Assembly: GCA_024699125.1 (NCBI GenBank)
Contig: JAILQE010000007.1
Span: forward strand, 2,236 to 66,235
Direction of reading: 5' to 3'
Length of the DNA: 64,000 nucleotides
From: Candidatus Saccharimonadota bacterium
GTDB taxonomy: Bacteria; Patescibacteriota; Saccharimonadia; Saccharimonadales; Saccharimonadaceae
The notes beneath the pieces were generated by a model that did no database searches, was not told the origin of the DNA, and saw nothing but the letters and a program-made list of their open reading frames with translations. Position numbers and translations under genes: made by a program. Of the stretch, positions 8,946 through 18,760 are shown piece after piece. Each line of letters begins with the position of its first letter. Within the stretch, counting starts at the first letter, position 1.

Positions 8946-10832
8946 ATGTTTAAGCTTGCTAAATCATTAAGCTTAGCGAAGGTCATAGCAATTTTGTTCG
9001 CTATCTCGCCATTTCTTGCCCTTGGCTTTATTTCTGATTCCGACGCTGCCACCAAATTCAATATTAAGGTAGATCCGTCGCTTCAACTCACCGTGCCAAA
9101 TACCTCGCCATCTATTATGCTAGAAACACCAGATGGTGAAATTCACCAAACTACTTTGAATACCACGATTACTACTAATAACCCAACCGGTTACACTCTT
9201 GTGCTTTTGATGAACGGTAGTGATTTGATAAACCGTACCAACCCAGATTACACGATCCCAACCATTGAAGAGAGTGTCAGTGTTTATGATTTCGCCAATA
9301 ATAGGTGGGGCATTTTGGGGCGTGGTGACGATCTATATCATCCAGCTACTTCTGGCTACCTCATCAACACAACTGATGCACCAATCACTAATGCCGAGGA
9401 GAATATCACCTTTGGCGTAAGGGTTGATGCCGAGCTGCCATCTGGCGCCTATGATTGTGACCTTACTATAGTAGCTTTGGCTAACCGTATCCCATATACA
9501 ATTGACGTAATCGACTATCTACAAGATATCGATGAAGACGTAATCGATAGCATGGTAGTGGGCACGCAATACCAACTCATGGATGAACGTGATGGGAAAA
9601 ATTATTTTGTTTCAAAACTCCGAGACGGCAACGTTTGGATGACGCAGAACCTTGATTTCGAGCTTTCTGCAGAAGGTACCACTCTTAATCCAGAGACTTC
9701 AGACGTTATTGCTCCAAAAACCGTGACCGTTTCTACCAATACCGCAACCTGGGGCCAAGACACTACGTTAGCCTACTACAAGGATGGCGGAGACCTTTAT
9801 CGCCCGAATGGCCTTGACGCTGCCGTCGATTCATCTGCGCTTGATTCTGATAGCGATGATCAACACTACCAGCTAGGCTCGTACTATTCATGGAGCGCCG
9901 CTACTGCTGGATCAGGTTCCGCTGCGGAGGCCGGAGCTGCTGCCCCTGAATCTATCTGTCCAAAGGGCTGGAAGCTGCCTACGGCCAGCGCTGATTTTGT
10001 TAACGAAGATAACGGGAGCACGCATAAACTATTCTTTAATATGTTTAAGGAATTCCATGAGGCTTACACTCGCTATGCACACACCAGCAACGTTTTAGAT
10101 GATGGCACCCAGAATGGTAACTACGCCAACAACCTTAACACTCCGGGCGAAGTGGTTACTATTCCTGGAGCAACCAGATTGCATGTAAGAATGACTTACC
10201 AAACTGAAAACTGTTGTGATTATGTTGTCGTTTGGTCTGGCGCTCATCCTGACTATCGCGCGGCGAGTAATTCCGGGGGCATAGGCACATATCGTGGTGG
10301 TAAGAGCACTGTTGAACTTGATGTAAATAGTGATTCGGTAACGTTTAGTATTAGATCGGATGGCTCGGTTACAAGCTATGGCTATTATGCAGTAGTAACC
10401 GGTTACGACGCCAACGGCGAAATAATTCGCGACCTAGATAGCCCTGTTAACCTAGATAACGTTAACGAGGATAGTGTCGTTAATGCAAACGAAGTGATGC
10501 CTGCCGCACCATACTGGATGAACTTTGCTGGCGTAATTGACTCTACTCAAGATTGGACGGCCGCACTTCGCTCAGTCGGCTACTGGTCTGCTAACTATGC
10601 TGGTAGCAACCAATCTTATGCTTTGTTCTCTCAAGAAGTCGAAGAAGAGGTTGACCCAGGCGAAGGCGGTGAAGGTGGTGAAGGTGGCGGTGAAGGCCAA
10701 GGTGAAGGTGAAGGTGGGGAACCGGAAACTACTACTTACTTTAATGCGCACCCAAACACCAAAATTGATACCACCAAAGGCCTCAATATCCGCTGTATTG
10801 CCGCTCCAGCTGCGTACACGGTAAACTATTAA
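8946..10832 (+). CDS. Secreted surface protein: shared N-terminal module + FISUMP (Fibrobacter-type) domain interrupted by a CUB-like module and a G/E-rich repeat
   Basis: Signal peptide. DGKNYFVSKLRDGNVWMTQNLDF ... YYSWSAATAG ... ICPKGWKLPT ... GLNIRCIAAP. CUB-like TENCCDYVVVWSG. TGCTATAAT lies 6 nt upstream. Confidence 0.65.
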   Translation: MFKLAKSLSLAKVIAILFAISPFLALGFISDSDAATKFNIKVDPSLQLTVPNTSPSIMLETPDGEIHQTTLNTTITTNNPTGYTLVLLMNGSDLINRTNPDYTIPTIEESVSVYDFANNRWGILGRGDDLYHPATSGYLINTTDAPITNAEENITFGVRVDAELPSGAYDCDLTIVALANRIPYTIDVIDYLQDIDEDVIDSMVVGTQYQLMDERDGKNYFVSKLRDGNVWMTQNLDFELSAEGTTLNPETSDVIAPKTVTVSTNTATWGQDTTLAYYKDGGDLYRPNGLDAAVDSSALDSDSDDQHYQLGSYYSWSAATAGSGSAAEAGAAAPESICPKGWKLPTASADFVNEDNGSTHKLFFNMFKEFHEAYTRYAHTSNVLDDGTQNGNYANNLNTPGEVVTIPGATRLHVRMTYQTENCCDYVVVWSGAHPDYRAASNSGGIGTYRGGKSTVELDVNSDSVTFSIRSDGSVTSYGYYAVVTGYDANGEIIRDLDSPVNLDNVNEDSVVNANEVMPAAPYWMNFAGVIDSTQDWTAALRSVGYWSANYAGSNQSYALFSQEVEEEVDPGEGGEGGEGGGEGQGEGEGGEPETTTYFNAHPNTKIDTTKGLNIRCIAAPAAYTVNY

Positions 10833-10841
10833 TCAAGCATC

Positions 10842-10872
10842 AAAAAAGCGACCTTTGTGGTCGCTTTTTTTT
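10842..10872. terminator. Bidirectional terminator (surface protein gene / dnaK)
   Basis: A6-GCGACC-tttgt-GGTCGC-T8. Confidence 0.75.
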
Positions 10873-10882
10873 GGTGGGTAGA

Positions 10883-12778
<1,896 letters not shown>

Positions 12779-12795
12779 ATTTTTTACTCCTTTTC

Positions 12796-12820
12796 TAGCA
12801 CTCGTGTGAGGTGAGTGCCA
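12796..12820 (-). promoter_or_regulatory. CIRCE-like HrcA operator 1 (in the dnaK 5' UTR)
   Basis: TAGCACTC-N9-GAGTGCCA, compared with the consensus TTAGCACTC-N9-GAGTGCTAA. Confidence 0.75.
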
Positions 12821-12830
12821 ACCTATCTCT

Positions 12831-12859
12831 ATTGTAGTAAATTAGCACTCGTTTGTCAA
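12831..12859 (-). promoter_or_regulatory. dnaK sigma-70-type promoter
   Basis: On the minus strand: TTGACA (12859-12854), 17 nt, TACAAT (12836-12831). Confidence 0.7.
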
Positions 12860-12868
12860 TAGTGCTAG
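12842..12868 (-). promoter_or_regulatory. CIRCE-like HrcA operator 2 (overlaps the -35 box)
   Basis: TTAGCACTC-N9-TAGTGCTAG. Confidence 0.75.
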
Positions 12869-13018
12869 CGCACCATTGTTGTTGCCAAGCAAGACCGCCA
12901 ATGTGGTCTTGGAGCTTCGCAAACAATAGTTGCCAATGAATTGTGAAGGCAGAGCTTTCGGATATGTACAATAGGCTTGGTACCTACGAAGAGTATTAAT
13001 CTGTGCTATAATTAAGCC

Positions 13019-14053
13019 ATGGCAATAGAGAGGCAAAACGACCCAAAACCAGACCGAATTATCGAGCCGACCGCTAGTTTTGATGATGACAAAATCGAAA
13101 TCAGCCTGCGCCCTACTTCGTTTAAAGAATACGTCGGGCAGGAACGCCTCAAAAATAATCTTAAACTCGCAATCGACGCTGTTAAAAAACGAAATGACGG
13201 CACCACGCTAGACCATATATTATTATATGGTCCGCCGGGGCTTGGCAAAACCACCATGGCAAATGTGATCGCTCACGAGCTCGGCGCGAGCATCCGCGTG
13301 ACTTCCGGCCCGGCCATCGAGCGCGCCGGCGATCTGGCTAGTATTTTGACTAATTTAAAAGACGGTGACGTGTTATTTATTGATGAAATTCATCGCCTGC
13401 GTCGCGCGGTGGAAGAAGTTTTGTACTCCGCGATGGAGGATTACAAGCTAGATATTGTGATTGGCAAGGGGCCAGCCGCGCGCTCGGTGCGTTTGGACCT
13501 TCCTAAAATCACCGTGATTGGTGCTACCACACGCACCGGCTCGTTGGCTGGGCCTCTGCGCGATCGCTTCGGGATTATTCACCGCCTAGAATACTATAAA
13601 GAACCGGAAATTGAGCAAATTATTAACCGCACCTCTGGAATTTTGAATACCAAAATCGAGCCAGAAGCCACCAAATTGCTCGCCACTCGCTCGCGTCTCA
13701 CGCCGCGTATCGCCAACCGCATTTTTAAGCGCGTCCGCGACTATGCCGACGTCAACGGCGACGGCATCATTGATCTAAAGATTGCCGAAGACGCTCTAAA
13801 GATGATGGAAATTGATTACCTTGGCCTCGACCCGGCCGACCGCAACATGCTGTCTCTCATGGTTTCAAACTATGGCGACCGCCCGGTGGGTCTCGCCACA
13901 ATTGCCGCTCTCACCGGCGACGAGCCAACCACGATCGAGGATTATTACGAGCCTTATCTTTTGCAGCTTGGCTTGATCGAGCGCACGCCGCGCGGCCGCG
14001 TAGTTACGAAAAAAGGGCAGGAGCATTTAAAAAATAATCAAAATATGGTATAA
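13019..14053 (+). CDS. ruvB: Holliday junction branch migration helicase RuvB
   Basis: [12 protein letters not shown] Walker A, FIDEIHRL, and a typical RuvB C-terminus. TGCTATAAT lies 6 nt upstream. Confidence 0.95.
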   Translation: MAIERQNDPKPDRIIEPTASFDDDKIEISLRPTSFKEYVGQERLKNNLKLAIDAVKKRNDGTTLDHILLYGPPGLGKTTMANVIAHELGASIRVTSGPAIERAGDLASILTNLKDGDVLFIDEIHRLRRAVEEVLYSAMEDYKLDIVIGKGPAARSVRLDLPKITVIGATTRTGSLAGPLRDRFGIIHRLEYYKEPEIEQIINRTSGILNTKIEPEATKLLATRSRLTPRIANRIFKRVRDYADVNGDGIIDLKIAEDALKMMEIDYLGLDPADRNMLSLMVSNYGDRPVGLATIAALTGDEPTTIEDYYEPYLLQLGLIERTPRGRVVTKKGQEHLKNNQNMV

Positions 14054-14074
14054 TATAGAAAAGAAAGGAATATT

Positions 14075-14659
14075 ATGAACGAATCTTTCACTAATATTCG
14101 CCACGAGCGTAGTAAAAAAGACTTTCCTCATCTAAAACTTGAGGACGGTGAATACGTTGAGCTCGCCTTTTCTCGTGCCAAAATTTATTTGATGGCTATT
14201 CTTGGCGGCGCAATCGCTAGTTTTGTGATTTTGCTCCTAGTTTTTGTGATCGTTATGAGCACCGGCAGCTTTGCCACCGATATGGGTCGCAACTTCCTTG
14301 CCACAGTTTTTCTCGTGATTATGGTGGTCATCTTCCTGGCCGGCTTGGTTTATTTGCGCATTTATCGCGGCAACAAACTGTTTATCACGAACAAGCGCGT
14401 GATGCAGTTTTCGATGATTTCACTTATTTCTTCATCCGTTAATATTATCGATTTAAAATCAATCGAAGATGCGAGCTTTTCGCAGAATAGTCTGCTGCAG
14501 AAGATTTTTAAATATGGCACGCTTCGCCTTTCCACGGTTGGCGACGAAACCACCTATACTTTCCCATTCTCAGACATCTCTGGTGAAGAACTAAAAACCA
14601 TCGCCTATCTCGTCTCGAACGCCAAAAAACAAGGTCATCCACCAAAACACGAAGAATAA
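14075..14659 (+). CDS. Membrane protein with a bacterial PH (bPH_2/YdbS-like) domain
   Basis: Two TM helices, then LFITNKRVMQF...GTLRLSTVG. Confidence 0.5.
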   Translation: MNESFTNIRHERSKKDFPHLKLEDGEYVELAFSRAKIYLMAILGGAIASFVILLLVFVIVMSTGSFATDMGRNFLATVFLVIMVVIFLAGLVYLRIYRGNKLFITNKRVMQFSMISLISSSVNIIDLKSIEDASFSQNSLLQKIFKYGTLRLSTVGDETTYTFPFSDISGEELKTIAYLVSNAKKQGHPPKHEE

Positions 14660-14687
14660 AAAAGCGCCCCTTGCCGGGGCGTTTTTT
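14658..14687. terminator. Bidirectional terminator
   Basis: CGCCCC-ttgcc-GGGGCG flanked by an A-run and a T-run. Confidence 0.7.
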
Positions 14688-14689
14688 GA

Positions 14690-15079
14690 TTAATTACGAT
14701 TTCGTTTGATATAGGCGTCTTCTTTTTCGAGCTCAGCTTTCAAGATATATTCTTTACATTTGCCATCCTCACAGTTGGCGGCTTCGTAAGAATAAGAGCT
14801 GTCTTCGTAGCCGAGATTAACACCGAATGGGTCGGTCCAAAGGGCAGGGTCGATGACAGTAATGTTTTCCTCGGAAATGGTTTCTGGGTAGTAGCCGTGG
14901 GTTTTATAGAAACTTTCTTCGAGCGCATAATACATAGCGTTGATGGCGGTTTTGCGATCGTTATCGCGCTCCATCGCGTCAACGTTAGCCTTCTGGATGA
15001 AGAAAATAATAAAGAGAAGGCTGGCAAAAACTGCCACAATTATAATTTCTAAAACTGTAAAACCATTTTTCTTTTTCAT
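14690..15079 (-). CDS. Prepilin-type N-terminal cleavage/methylation domain protein (type IV pilin-like)
   Basis: MKKKNGFTVLEIIIVAVF (G|FTxxE motif). The start was moved to the ATG at 15079, which lies 6 nt after TGCTATAAT on the minus strand. Confidence 0.7.
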   Translation of the reverse strand: MKKKNGFTVLEIIIVAVFASLLFIIFFIQKANVDAMERDNDRKTAINAMYYALEESFYKTHGYYPETISEENITVIDPALWTDPFGVNLGYEDSSYSYEAANCEDGKCKEYILKAELEKEDAYIKRNRN

Positions 15080-15121
15080 GCCTTTATTATAGCACAAAGA
15101 TGTGGTATAATAAAACAACGT

Positions 15122-15198
15122 GGTACCGTAGCTCAGATGGTTAGAGCGTGGGACTCATAAGCCCAAGGTCACTGGTTCGATCCCAGTCGGTACTACCA
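15122..15198 (+). tRNA. tRNA-Met (anticodon CAT; elongator-like G1:C72)
   Basis: Manual cloverleaf: anticodon loop CTCATAA, T arm CTGG-TTCGATC-CCAG, encoded ACCA. TGGTATAAT lies 10 nt upstream. Confidence 0.85.
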
Positions 15199-15275
15199 CA
15201 AATTCGTAACGACCATAGGTCGTTTTTTTTGTTGCCTCGCAACAAAAAAGAAGCGAAGCTTCTACGAATTTGTGG
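15196..15275 (+). other. Cloverleaf-like four-way junction trailer starting at the tRNA-Met CCA
   Basis: A 13-bp outer stem (15196-15208 / 15263-15275) encloses three abutting triloop hairpins at 15209-15223 (followed by a T-run, so also a terminator), 15225-15249 and 15250-15262. Confidence 0.7.
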
Positions 15276-15373
15276 AAGGACGGCAAGCGATAATGTTTTG
15301 CTTTGCAAAACATTTAGAGCGCCGGCCTACCATGAACAGGAAAAAGGGCGACCCGAAGGCCACCCCAAGATTT

Positions 15374-15745
15374 TTAGGAAGCTGCTTCTCGATAATTTTT
15401 CCCGAGCTTTACTAAGCTTAAAAGATCCCTCAGAAGCTTAGGCTTGTCCATAGGAAGGCCATTCTGGCGCAATTTAGTTTTAAACTTTCTGTTCTCTTTC
15501 GCGTCGTCTCCCTTCATATGGTTCTCGTTTGCCTCGAGGTATTTTTCCACAGACTTCATGTTGTCCGCAACAAAGGCCAACTGCCTCATTCGCTCAATGC
15601 TCGCAGAAAAACATCCATTATCTCTCAGAAGATTTTTGATGCCTCGAAGCTCAGATTTGATTCTTCGTCTTGCTCTGCAGGTTGTTGTGCTGGCAAGATC
15701 CTCCTCCAAGCTCAGCAATTTCTTTACAGCCGTTGTATTCTTCAC
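15374..15745 (-). CDS. Hypothetical protein (no recognisable family)
   Basis: GTG start 8 nt after AAGGAGG. Own TGATATAAT promoter and upstream terminator. Charged, helical sequence. Confidence 0.4.
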   Translation of the reverse strand: MKNTTAVKKLLSLEEDLASTTTCRARRRIKSELRGIKNLLRDNGCFSASIERMRQLAFVADNMKSVEKYLEANENHMKGDDAKENRKFKTKLRQNGLPMDKPKLLRDLLSLVKLGKNYREAAS

Positions 15746-15871
15746 TGAGAATACCTCCTTTTAAAAATCTAATACGCTCGTTTTGCAAACGGCGCATCTT
15801 TTAATTATATCACACTTTTGCTTATTTTTCAAGAGGCAGAAAAAAGCCCTAGCGAGTAGCTAGGGCCGTGG

Positions 15872-16066
15872 TCAGTTGTTCGGGGCGTTGCCATCTTTGG
15901 GAATGTCGTTATGGCAAACTCTTTGTAAAAAGTATCGGAAAGCCTCATCATTTCCGGAATCACGTTTACCTTCGACGTAAACAACCTTCTCGACGGGAAT
16001 TCCGTGTACGCCCTTTAATGTTGCTTTTTTAATCTCCTCGGGACTGGTTTCTGGCGTAATTCTCAT
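15872..16066 (-). CDS. Hypothetical small protein
   Basis: ATG 6 nt after GGAGGT. TGTTATAAT promoter at about 16128-16136 (minus strand). Hairpin terminator downstream. Confidence 0.4.
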   Translation of the reverse strand: MRITPETSPEEIKKATLKGVHGIPVEKVVYVEGKRDSGNDEAFRYFLQRVCHNDIPKDGNAPNN

Positions 16067-16157
16067 ATTGTTACCTCCGTAAAAAAATAATCATCAACTA
16101 CCACGAACTGTAATGTTCGACACGACGTCCATGGTATTATAACACAATTCAAAATAA

Positions 16158-16322
16158 CGGAAGGGACAGGATGGTGATCCAGTCTCCTAAAGCCCCCAAA
16201 TCTAAAGCAGCAGAAACTTCGTTTCTACGCATTCCTCGGGCAACAAAAATAGGAGAGCAAGCTCTCTATTTTTATTGCCTCTCGGCCTGCTGAAAAGCTG
16301 CGCTTTTCTGCTGCTTTAGACT
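16158..16322 (-). repeat. tRNA-Ser trailer: structured ~150-nt insert bounded by a 15-nt direct repeat of the tRNA 3' region
   Basis: CGGAAGGGACAGGAT at 16158-16172 equals 16326-16340. A 12-16 bp outer stem (16201-16216 / 16305-16320) encloses three hairpins. TGGTGATCC at 16172-16180 matches the tRNA-Lys 3' end. Confidence 0.7.
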
Positions 16323-16409
16323 TGGCGGAAGGGACAGGATTCGAACCTGCGAAGCTATTAACTTGCTGGTTTTCAAGACCAGTGCCATCAACCACTCGGC
16401 CACCCTTCC
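16323..16409 (-). tRNA. tRNA-Ser (anticodon TGA)
   Basis: Manual fold: GGAAGGG acceptor, anticodon loop CTTGAAA, long variable arm, T arm CAGG-TTCGAAT-CCTG, GCCA end. TGCTATAAT lies 7 nt upstream. Confidence 0.9.
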
Positions 16410-16510
16410 ATATATTATTATAGCATAAAAAGCGCTTCTGTAAAAGCCATTATTTTAAGGGGTGATCGTCTTGTAAAACAGAGGGAAATCCAGTATAATC
16501 AAAATGCGCT

Positions 16511-16738
16511 TTGAACGCAAAAATTTTCGCAGGAGGTACATTATATGGGGTAGTTAAGCTCATTCAAGAGGAGTCAACCGAGGTTACTCGCGAAGGGAAA
16601 AAGTTTCCGCTTTGGTTCCTTAATGCGACTTGCGACGTTAGCGAGTATGGAGATTTTGAAATGCTCAGAAAAAGCATTCCGCACCGCGTCGAAAACCCCA
16701 ACCCTACATGGGTAAAACACCAATACGGCCTCGGCTAA
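16511..16738 (+). CDS. Hypothetical protein, start uncertain
   Basis: The only in-frame early start is TTG. A good promoter (TTGTAA-17-TATAAT, 16471-16499) and a downstream terminator bracket it, but the strong internal SD is followed only by ATG-GGG-TAG in another frame. Confidence 0.25.
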   Translation: MNAKIFAGGTLYGVVKLIQEESTEVTREGKKFPLWFLNATCDVSEYGDFEMLRKSIPHRVENPNPTWVKHQYGLG

Positions 16739-16744
16739 AAAATT

Positions 16745-16774
16745 GGGCGACCAGTTAAGGTCGCCCGCTTTTTT
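16745..16774. terminator. Bidirectional terminator
   Basis: GGGCGACC-agttaa-GGTCGCCC-GCTTTTTT. Confidence 0.75.
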
Positions 16775-17474
16775 ATTCTGCGTTTGTATGAACTGCTACC
16801 ACGTCGTCGAGATCATCTACGGCGTCGAGCAATTTTTCAAGTTTTTCGGCGTTTTCACCATCCACTGGAATGTAATTATTTGGTACATAAGAAAGCTCGG
16901 CAGAAGTAATGGTGAGGCCAGCCTCAATCAAAGCGGCGCGGACTTTCATCAAGTCGGAAGCGGCGGTGTAGATTTCGATGCCGTCTTCTTCTTCGGAAGC
17001 ATCCTCGGCACCAGCTTCAAGTGCAGCCATCAAAGCGTCTTCGCCTTTTTCGGAGATCATAATCACGCCTTTTCTAGTGAACTGGAACATCACTGAGCCC
17101 GGGTCAGCCATGCGGCCACCGTTTTTATCGAGTGTATGGCGTACCTCTGGCATTGTGCGGTTTTTGTTGTCGGTAGCGATTTCAATAATGATACCAACGC
17201 CACCAGGGCCGTAGGCTTCGTAGACTTCTTCGATAAGAGCTGCAGCGGATTTATCAGCCACGCGAGCAATTGCGCGTTCGATGTTGGCTTTTGGCATGTT
17301 AGCCAGGCGGGCTTTTTCAAGCACCATGGCAAGGGAAGGGTTCATGTTTGGATCGGTACCGCCACGCGCTGCGATGGCAATTTGGTTGCCAATTTTTGTA
17401 AACAACGCGCCGCGCTTTGCGTCGACGACGGCTTTCTGACGTTTGGTGGTGGCCCACTTGCTGTGTCCTGACAT
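16773..17474 (-). CDS. yebC: YebC/PmpR-family transcriptional regulator
   Basis: MSGHSKWATTKRQKAVVDAKRG is the canonical family N-terminus. SD GGAGA lies upstream. Confidence 0.9.
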   Translation of the reverse strand: MSGHSKWATTKRQKAVVDAKRGALFTKIGNQIAIAARGGTDPNMNPSLAMVLEKARLANMPKANIERAIARVADKSAAALIEEVYEAYGPGGVGIIIEIATDNKNRTMPEVRHTLDKNGGRMADPGSVMFQFTRKGVIMISEKGEDALMAALEAGAEDASEEEDGIEIYTAASDLMKVRAALIEAGLTITSAELSYVPNNYIPVDGENAEKLEKLLDAVDDLDDVVAVHTNAE

Positions 17475-18660
17475 TATTTTCTCCAGTTAATTTTTCTAAT
17501 TTTATCATTTTTCGCTGTTTTTGTCTAATCCAAAGTAGCCCGGCCAGCATTGGTATATATAATATAAAAACTTGTGGCTGGTTTTTGGGCATCTCAATGA
17601 GAAAAAGTTCTTGGCTGCCGAAAAAATTTATCACGGTACCATGAAATTTTAAAGAGAGCTCAGTAATAAAACAAATTAAATTGCCGATAATTGGCACACC
17701 ACCGATTATTCCAGTGACAAAAGTTAAGCCCATCACGTAGGGGAGCGTTGGTAAAATAATTAGATTTGCCGCAAAGGCAATAATGGATAACGCGCCAAAA
17801 TGATAAAGCGAAATCGGCGCCGTCATCAGGGTGGCGGCGGCCGTGGCGATGAGAGTTTGCGCCAAAAAACCAGGCCTTTTAAAACCATATAAATATTTAG
17901 TGAGTAGCGGCGCAATAATCATGATGCCGCCAAACGACGCAAACGAAAGTTGCCAGCCGAGATTATTTAAAAATGCCGGTTCGATTAACAAGGTGATGGT
18001 GGCTGCAATTAAAATGATTCGCCACGGCGCAAACTTGCGCCCGGTGTACCAGGCAACAAGCGACATCGCCGACACTAATCCGGCGCGTATAATGGACGGA
18101 GAAAAACCCACGATTGCCATGAAGCTAAAAATAAAAAGTAGTGCAAATATTAAGCCGGATCGCCGCGAGATTTTACCAAAAATCTTGCGCGTGGCGCCAA
18201 TTAAAATTGAAAGGTGTGTGCCGGACGCCACCACTACATGAGTAAGTCCGGCTACGCGCAAACTCTCGGTAAAACTTTTGGAAAGCCCCGATTTCACGCC
18301 CATTAAGTACGCTATGCCGAGGCTTGCTTCCTCGGCTGGCAGCAAACCGTTGATTTTTGCTGCAAAGAAATCACGCATATAAACCGCCGACTCGATTTCC
18401 GGCGCAAAGATTTGTTTTGTGGAGGCTCGTGTCAAGCCAATTATCATCCCCGCTGCAAAAACTGCAATCATGCAAGCATGGGTGGAATGAAAATAAGCGT
18501 AGACGAAAATTATTCCTCCCGCGATTAACCAATACTTAGAAGTAAAAATATCGCCACTTAGCGATCCTAAAAAGGTCGCCAAAATCACACCGGTCACTAC
18601 GCCGCCACAGAGCGCCACAAAAAGATACGATTGATGTAAAAACCTCCTCATGTCCCACAA
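17317..18660 (-). CDS. comEC: ComEC/Rec2-family DNA internalisation channel (competence domain only, no beta-lactamase domain)
   Basis: Polytopic. GLTHVVVASGTHLSIL motif. The frame runs 158 nt into yebC before the first stop. Confidence 0.7.
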   Translation of the reverse strand: MWDMRRFLHQSYLFVALCGGVVTGVILATFLGSLSGDIFTSKYWLIAGGIIFVYAYFHSTHACMIAVFAAGMIIGLTRASTKQIFAPEIESAVYMRDFFAAKINGLLPAEEASLGIAYLMGVKSGLSKSFTESLRVAGLTHVVVASGTHLSILIGATRKIFGKISRRSGLIFALLFIFSFMAIVGFSPSIIRAGLVSAMSLVAWYTGRKFAPWRIILIAATITLLIEPAFLNNLGWQLSFASFGGIMIIAPLLTKYLYGFKRPGFLAQTLIATAAATLMTAPISLYHFGALSIIAFAANLIILPTLPYVMGLTFVTGIIGGVPIIGNLICFITELSLKFHGTVINFFGSQELFLIEMPKNQPQVFILYIPMLAGLLWIRQKQRKMIKLEKLTGENNVRTQQVGHHQTSESRRRRKARRVVYKNWQPNCHRSAWRYRSKHEPFPCHGA

Positions 18661-18760
18661 ATATCACAACCCATGTTTTTTACAACCCACCCCAACAAAA
18701 ATAACCGCAAGAATTTAATAAAAATCAGCACAAATAATCCGCATATGCTATAATAATATT

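Noticed and set aside
12842-13257. Minus-strand ORFs (64 and 81 aa) in the dnaK-ruvB intergenic region and the start of ruvB
   Set aside because: They overlap the CIRCE/promoter region and the conserved ruvB N-terminus.
15148-15441. 97-aa plus-strand ORF starting inside tRNA-Met
   Set aside because: It overlaps the tRNA gene and its trailer hairpins and has no signals.
16536-16552. Strong SD (AGGAGG) followed by the minimal ORF ATG-GGG-TAG
   Set aside because: It may be a start-stop element or chance. There is no way to support a function from sequence alone. It is noted only as a reason for low confidence in the 16511 ORF.
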